64,000 nt of DNA from an uncultured delta proteobacterium (GTDB lineage: Bacteria; Myxococcota; Myxococcia; SLRQ01): the NCBI GenBank assembly GCA_963727485.1, contig CAVSGM010000009.1:128001-192000 (forward strand), read 5' to 3'. The translations under genes were made by a program, and so were the position numbers. Positions within the stretch are counted from its first letter, which is position 1, and every line of letters begins with the position of its first letter. The notes below the pieces were generated by a model. It was not told the origin of the DNA and ran no database searches. It saw nothing but the letters and a program-made list of their open reading frames with translations. Positions 59,508 through 64,000 of this stretch are shown piece by piece.

Positions 59508-60628
59508 CACCGGCCCTCCGCCCCGGCCCTGGCCGCCAGGCCCGAGAGGGCCGCCGCCAGGGCCGCCTCGCCCTCGAGGAGCTCGACGTCCACCCGCAGG
59601 GCCCGGACCTCGCCGGCGCCGGCGCCCAGGCGCGCGGCGTCCTTCTCGGTGGTGACGATCCGGGCGCCGGCGGCCTCGGCCTCGGCGCGGACGGCCTCGA
59701 GCTCGGCGGCGGCGAAGCGGTGGTGGTCCGGGAAGCGGGCCTCGGCGACCACCTCGGCGCCGAGGGCCTCGAGGGTGCGCCGGAACCCCTCGGGCCGGGC
59801 GATCCCCGACAGCGCCAGGACCCGGGCGCCGGCGAGGGCGTCCACGGGCTCGGTGGCCCCTCCGGCGACGTCGACCAGGGCGGTGGGGCGGTACCGGCTG
59901 CGGACCACCGGCAGGCCCCGGGCCTCTGCCTCGGCGAGGAGGGCGTCGAGGCCCGGCCCCGGGCGGTCGGCCCGGGAGAGCCACACCAGGTGGGCCCGGT
60001 CCAGGGCCTCGATCCCCTCGCGGAGGGGGCCGGCGGGGAGGCGCCGGCCGTTGCCCAGCGGCGCCGAGGCGTCGAGGACCACCAGGTCCAGGTCCCGGTG
60101 GAGGCGCCGGTGCTGGAGCCCGTCGTCGAGGAGACACACGGTGGCCCCGTGGTCCCGGACCGCGCGCTCGGCGAGGGCGGCGCGATCCGGGCCGGCGAGG
60201 ACCACCAGGGCCGGGAGGCGCCGGGCGAGGAGGGTCGGCTCGTCGCCGGCCTCGGACGCGTCGAGGCAGGGGCCGTCCCCGGCGCAGACGACCCGCGCCC
60301 GGTTCACGGTGGCCCCGTAGCCCCGGGTGAGGACCGCCGGCCGGGCGCCCCGGGCGAGGAGGCGCTCGGCGAGGGCGAGGACCACCGGGGTCTTCCCGGC
60401 GCCGCCGACGGCGAGGTTCCCGACGCTCAAGACCGGCACCGGGGCGCGGCTGACCGGCAGGAGCCCCCGGTCGTAGGCGGCGCCCCGGAGGCGGGCGGCG
60501 GCGCCGAAGGCCCACCCGGCGGGCGCCAGGGCGCCGAGGAGGAGCCGGGCGCCGGAGCTCGGCGCCGGGTCGTACCACGCCTCGGCGAGGCGGCCGCCGG
60601 CGCCCGGGTGGCCCGCCCCCCGGCTCAT
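59507..60628 (-). CDS. lpxK: Tetraacyldisaccharide 4'-kinase
   Basis: SVGNLAVGGAGKTP, RGYG, GDEP, LDDGLQH, PAGPLRE, TTEKDA. Confidence 0.96.
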   Translation of the reverse strand: MSRGAGHPGAGGRLAEAWYDPAPSSGARLLLGALAPAGWAFGAAARLRGAAYDRGLLPVSRAPVPVLSVGNLAVGGAGKTPVVLALAERLLARGARPAVLTRGYGATVNRARVVCAGDGPCLDASEAGDEPTLLARRLPALVVLAGPDRAALAERAVRDHGATVCLLDDGLQHRRLHRDLDLVVLDASAPLGNGRRLPAGPLREGIEALDRAHLVWLSRADRPGPGLDALLAEAEARGLPVVRSRYRPTALVDVAGGATEPVDALAGARVLALSGIARPEGFRRTLEALGAEVVAEARFPDHHRFAAAELEAVRAEAEAAGARIVTTEKDAARLGAGAGEVRALRVDVELLEGEAALAAALSGLAARAGAEGR

Positions 60629-61683
60629 CCTTCCCCTCCCCGGCCGGCGGCGGCCGGGTCGCCGGCGGGGGCGGCGCCGTCGAGGACCGCGAGCGCCGCC
60701 GCGATCACCGGCGCCGGCGCCAGGTCCGCCAGGCACCGGTGGTGGCCCAGGGGGCACGCCTGTGCCCCATGGTTCGAGCAGGGGCTGCAGTCGAGCCCCA
60801 GGGACAGCACCCGGCTCCCGGCCGGGGCCCAGCGGCTCGGCGCGGTGGGCCCGAACACGGACACCACCGGCGCCCCCACCGCCGAGGCGAGGTGGGCGAG
60901 GCCCGTGTCCCCGGCGACCAGGACGTCGGTGGCGGCGAGGACCCCGGCGAGGCCCGGGAGGTCCCGGTCGCTGGCGTCGAGATCGAAGGCGACGGCGGCC
61001 CGGCAGGCCTCCAGGGCCGGACCGTCCCCGGGGCCGCCCACCAGGACCAGGGCCGCGCCCCGGGCCTCGGCGAGGTGCCGGGCGACCGCCGCGAAGCGCG
61101 CCGGGTCCCAGCGCTTGGTGGCCCAGGTCGCCCCGGGGGCCACGGCGACCACCGGCCGGCGCCCGAGGGCGGCGACGGCCCGGGCCCCGGCGTCCCGGGC
61201 GGCCTCGGGGAGGGCGACCGCGGGGGTGAGGGCCCCCTTGCCCCGGGGGGGATCCACGCCGAGGAGCTCGAGGGCGTCGAGGTAGAGGCGCGTGGCGTGG
61301 CGGCCCTGGCGCACCGCGTCCCGGCCCACCAGGGCGGCGAGCCCCCCGGTGAGGGTCCGGCGCCGGAAGGCCAGGCGCCGCGGGGCCCCGAGGCGCCGCC
61401 CCAGGACCGCGGTCCGGACCTTGTGCTGGAGATCGACGTAGGTGGTGACCGGCCCGTCGGCCTTCAGGGCCCGGGCCAGCTCCCCCACCGGCCGGCCCCG
61501 CGCCCAGGGGACCACCCGGTCGAGGAAGTCGAGGCCCTCGAGCAGCGGCGCGTAGGCCGGGGAGGTCACCAGGGTCAGGGGCGCGTCGGGGTGGGCGTGG
61601 GCCAGGGCCCGGAGCGCCGGGGTGGCGAGGAGCACGTCCCCGAGGGCGGTGAGGCGCACCGCCACCATCCGGCGGTCGCTCAC
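60625..61683 (-). CDS. Glycosyltransferase family 9 (LPS heptosyltransferase)
   Basis: RLTALGDVLL.TP, PGA.W.TKRW and GDTGLAHLA.A motifs. Confidence 0.92.
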   Translation of the reverse strand: MSDRRMVAVRLTALGDVLLATPALRALAHAHPDAPLTLVTSPAYAPLLEGLDFLDRVVPWARGRPVGELARALKADGPVTTYVDLQHKVRTAVLGRRLGAPRRLAFRRRTLTGGLAALVGRDAVRQGRHATRLYLDALELLGVDPPRGKGALTPAVALPEAARDAGARAVAALGRRPVVAVAPGATWATKRWDPARFAAVARHLAEARGAALVLVGGPGDGPALEACRAAVAFDLDASDRDLPGLAGVLAATDVLVAGDTGLAHLASAVGAPVVSVFGPTAPSRWAPAGSRVLSLGLDCSPCSNHGAQACPLGHHRCLADLAPAPVIAAALAVLDGAAPAGDPAAAGRGGEG

Positions 61684-63044
61684 GAGGCCTCCGGCACCGG
61701 TGGCGCGGGCGCGTCCGGGCGAGGCTCGTGGCCGAGGAGGCGGAGCATGTAGGCGACGTTCCGGGCGCTGGCCCCCCGGATGCCCCGGACGGTGCGGCTG
61801 GCCAGCGCCCCGAGCTCCTCGACCTTGTCGGGCCGGGCGAAAAGCTCGGCGGCCACGGTTCGGAACTGCTCGGCGTCCCGGACCTGGATCCCCCCGCGCC
61901 CCACCAGGACCTGCACCGAGTCGTGGAAGTTCTCCATGTTGGGGCCGAAGAGGACCGCCTTGCCCTGGGCCGCGGGCTCGAGGATGTTCTGGCCGCCCCG
62001 GTCGGTGAACGAGCCGCCGACGAAGACGAGGGTCGCCAGGCGGTAGGCGGCGACGAGCTCGCCGATGGTGTCGAGGATGACCACCGGGGCCTCCCGGCCG
62101 CAGCCCTCGCTCCGGAGGCAGGCGGCGAGCCCCGCGTCCTCCACCAGCTCCATCACCCGGGGCACCCGCTCGAGGTAGCGCGGGGCGATGACCAGCTTCA
62201 GGTCCGGGAACTCGCCGACGAGGCGCCGGTAGACGTCGAGGATGAGCCCCTCCTCGCCCTCGTGGGTGCTCCCGGCGATGAGCACCCGGTCGCCGGGGCC
62301 GATGCCCAGCGCCGGCGCCAGGTCGCCCCGCTTGGCCTCGGCGCCCAGGAGCAGGGCGTCGAACTTGGTGTTCCCGGTGACCCACACCCGGTCCAGCGGC
62401 GCCCCGAGCCCCAGGACCCGCTCGGCCTCGTCGTCCTCGCGCATGAGGAAGAGGTCGACCTCGCGCAGCGGCTGGCCCACCAGCTTGAAGAAGCGCCGGT
62501 AGCGCCCGAGGTTCGCCGGCGAGAAGCGGCCGTTGGTGAGCACCACCCGGGCCCCGGCCCGGCGGGCGGCGCGGATGAGGTTCGGCCAGATCTCGGTGTA
62601 CTCGAGGACCAGGAGGTCGGGCTGGATCGCCCGGGTGGCGCGGCGGGTGGCCCCGAGGAGGTCCCAGGGGGCGTAGGTCACCGCGTCGACGCCGCCGATG
62701 CGCCGGGCCATCAGCGCCCCGGAGTTGGTGAGGCACGAGAGGATGATGGTGCACCCGGGGAGCCTGGCCTTGAACTCCTGGATCATCGGCGCCAGGGCCG
62801 AGAGATCGCCGGCGGAGGCGCCGTGGAGCCAGATCCGGGGCGCCTCGGGCCCCCGAGGGCGGTCCGCGAGGAAGTCCGCCGGGTAACGCCCCAGCCGCCG
62901 GCCCCACCCCTCCCGGGTCTTGGTGTGGACCAGGAGGACCGGCAGCAGCAGGACGAAGAGGGCGTAGGAGCCGATGACGTAGAGCAGGTGCAGGGGGGGC
63001 CCTCCAGCGCCGCGGAGCCTACCCGCCGGGCCCGCCGGCTTCAA
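61680..63044 (-). CDS. waaA: Kdo transferase
   Basis: IWLHGASAG, EIWPN, GNTKFD, GSTHEGEE, GGQNILEPA. Start uncertain. Confidence 0.95.
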   Translation of the reverse strand: MKPAGPAGRLRGAGGPPLHLLYVIGSYALFVLLLPVLLVHTKTREGWGRRLGRYPADFLADRPRGPEAPRIWLHGASAGDLSALAPMIQEFKARLPGCTIILSCLTNSGALMARRIGGVDAVTYAPWDLLGATRRATRAIQPDLLVLEYTEIWPNLIRAARRAGARVVLTNGRFSPANLGRYRRFFKLVGQPLREVDLFLMREDDEAERVLGLGAPLDRVWVTGNTKFDALLLGAEAKRGDLAPALGIGPGDRVLIAGSTHEGEEGLILDVYRRLVGEFPDLKLVIAPRYLERVPRVMELVEDAGLAACLRSEGCGREAPVVILDTIGELVAAYRLATLVFVGGSFTDRGGQNILEPAAQGKAVLFGPNMENFHDSVQVLVGRGGIQVRDAEQFRTVAAELFARPDKVEELGALASRTVRGIRGASARNVAYMLRLLGHEPRPDAPAPPVPEAS

Positions 63045-63771
63045 GGCGCGGGGCCTCGTCCGAGGCGAGGGCGGCGGCGCACACCGGGCACGGCTTCACC
63101 CCGGTCGCCGCGGGCTCCGGGGGCGCGGCGCAGGCGGCGTCGGCCTCGGCCGTGGCGGCGTGGATCCGCCGGCCGAGCTCGGCGGCCAGGGCCGGGAGGT
63201 CGTCGCGCCGGGCCCGCCGGGGCACCACCAGGGGCTCCCCGAGGACCACCACCCCCCGGGTGAAGGGCGCCGGCAGGAGGTAGCGATCCCAGCTCCGGAC
63301 GAAGACGTGACGCCGGCGCACCCCGACCCCCACGGGGATCACCGGCCGGCCGGTGAGCCGCGCCAGGAGCAGCACCCCCGCGTGGACCGTGTGGCAGGGG
63401 CCCCGGCCCCCGTCGACGGTGAACGCCGCCCCGGCGCCGGCCCGGACCAGGCGGGCCAGGGCCTTGAGGCCGCTGGCGCCCTGCCCGCCCCCGCTCCCCC
63501 GGGCGACCCGGAAGCCCAGGCCCCGGAGGATGCGCGCCTGGAGGTCCCCGTCCCGGGAGTTGGAGACCAGGACCGCGGTCCCCGGGGGCACGTCCCAGGC
63601 GAAGAGGGGGAGCTGGCGGCCGTGCCAGAAGGCGTAGAGGGGCCGGGTGCCCGCGGCCTCGAGGCGGTCGCGGGCGGCGCGGTTGACCGTGCGCAGGCGC
63701 ACGGTGCCGGTGAGCAGGCGGATCACGAGGCCGGCGAGGTCGGCCAGGCGCCGGCGCCAGAAGCCCATCAC
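63019..63771 (-). CDS. DUF374 / lysophospholipid acyltransferase-like protein
   Basis: AFWHG, S.S.DG, RGS, TVDG and SWDR...P.PF motifs. Confidence 0.85.
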   Translation of the reverse strand: MMGFWRRRLADLAGLVIRLLTGTVRLRTVNRAARDRLEAAGTRPLYAFWHGRQLPLFAWDVPPGTAVLVSNSRDGDLQARILRGLGFRVARGSGGGQGASGLKALARLVRAGAGAAFTVDGGRGPCHTVHAGVLLLARLTGRPVIPVGVGVRRRHVFVRSWDRYLLPAPFTRGVVVLGEPLVVPRRARRDDLPALAAELGRRIHAATAEADAACAAPPEPAATGVKPCPVCAAALASDEAPRLEAGGPGG

Positions 63772-64000
63772 CCCTCGGCGGCGCGGCCGGTGCCGTCGGC
63801 GGCGTCTCCGGCCGCGGCGCCCTCCCCCACGAGCTGCAGGTCGTGGAGGCGCCGGTAGAGCCCGCCTCGGGCGAGGAGGGCCGCGTGGGTCCCGGTCTCG
63901 GCGACCCGGCCTCCCTCGAGGACCACGATCCGGTCGGCGTCGCGGATGGTCGAGAGGCGGTGGGCGATGACCACCACGGTGCGCCCGGCCATGAGCTCGG
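63768..64000 (-). CDS. msbA: ABC transporter ATPase C-terminus, probably lipid A flippase MsbA (5' part off the window)
   Basis: [20 protein letters not shown]...E.GTH..LL..GG.Y motif; lipid A gene context. Confidence 0.75.
   Translation of the reverse strand, partial: ELMAGRTVVVIAHRLSTIRDADRIVVLEGGRVAETGTHAALLARGGLYRRLHDLQLVGEGAAAGDAADGTGRAAEG

Overview
High-GC (roughly 70-75% by eye) chromosomal window from a Myxococcota-like deltaproteobacterium, judged from a CdnL very close to the myxobacterial type, FHA/PilZ/J-domain signalling proteins and the 16S sequence. It is core genome. Left to right: uvrB-cysS, cdnL, comEC; a 13 kb tightly coupled operon (GT4, Omp85, DUF4390-like, NtrY/NtrX-like pair, glnE, receiver-J-TPR protein, patatin); ilvE with an AAA ATPase; a Fic-like gene, ribA, a DHH phosphoesterase and a cysteine desulfurase; zapA-6S RNA-ygfA-tyrS; rlmE; a complete minus-strand rRNA operon (16S-tRNA-Ile-tRNA-Ala-23S-5S); gmk-yicC; and a lipid A/LPS-core cluster interrupted by a sigma54 module and an ECF sigma operon. 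I found no CRISPR array, transposase, integrase or prophage. Best leads: (1) an rRNA-type boxA beside the zapA RBS, upstream of 6S RNA; (2) a self-contained sigma54 module with a pseudo-receiver activator, a USP and a degenerate hemerythrin; (3) a catalytically degenerate Fic protein behind a long leader; (4) five apparently leaderless genes; (5) an 18-bp sequence shared by two terminators. Two apparent frameshifts may be sequencing errors. All calls come from reading motifs by eye; no database search was run.
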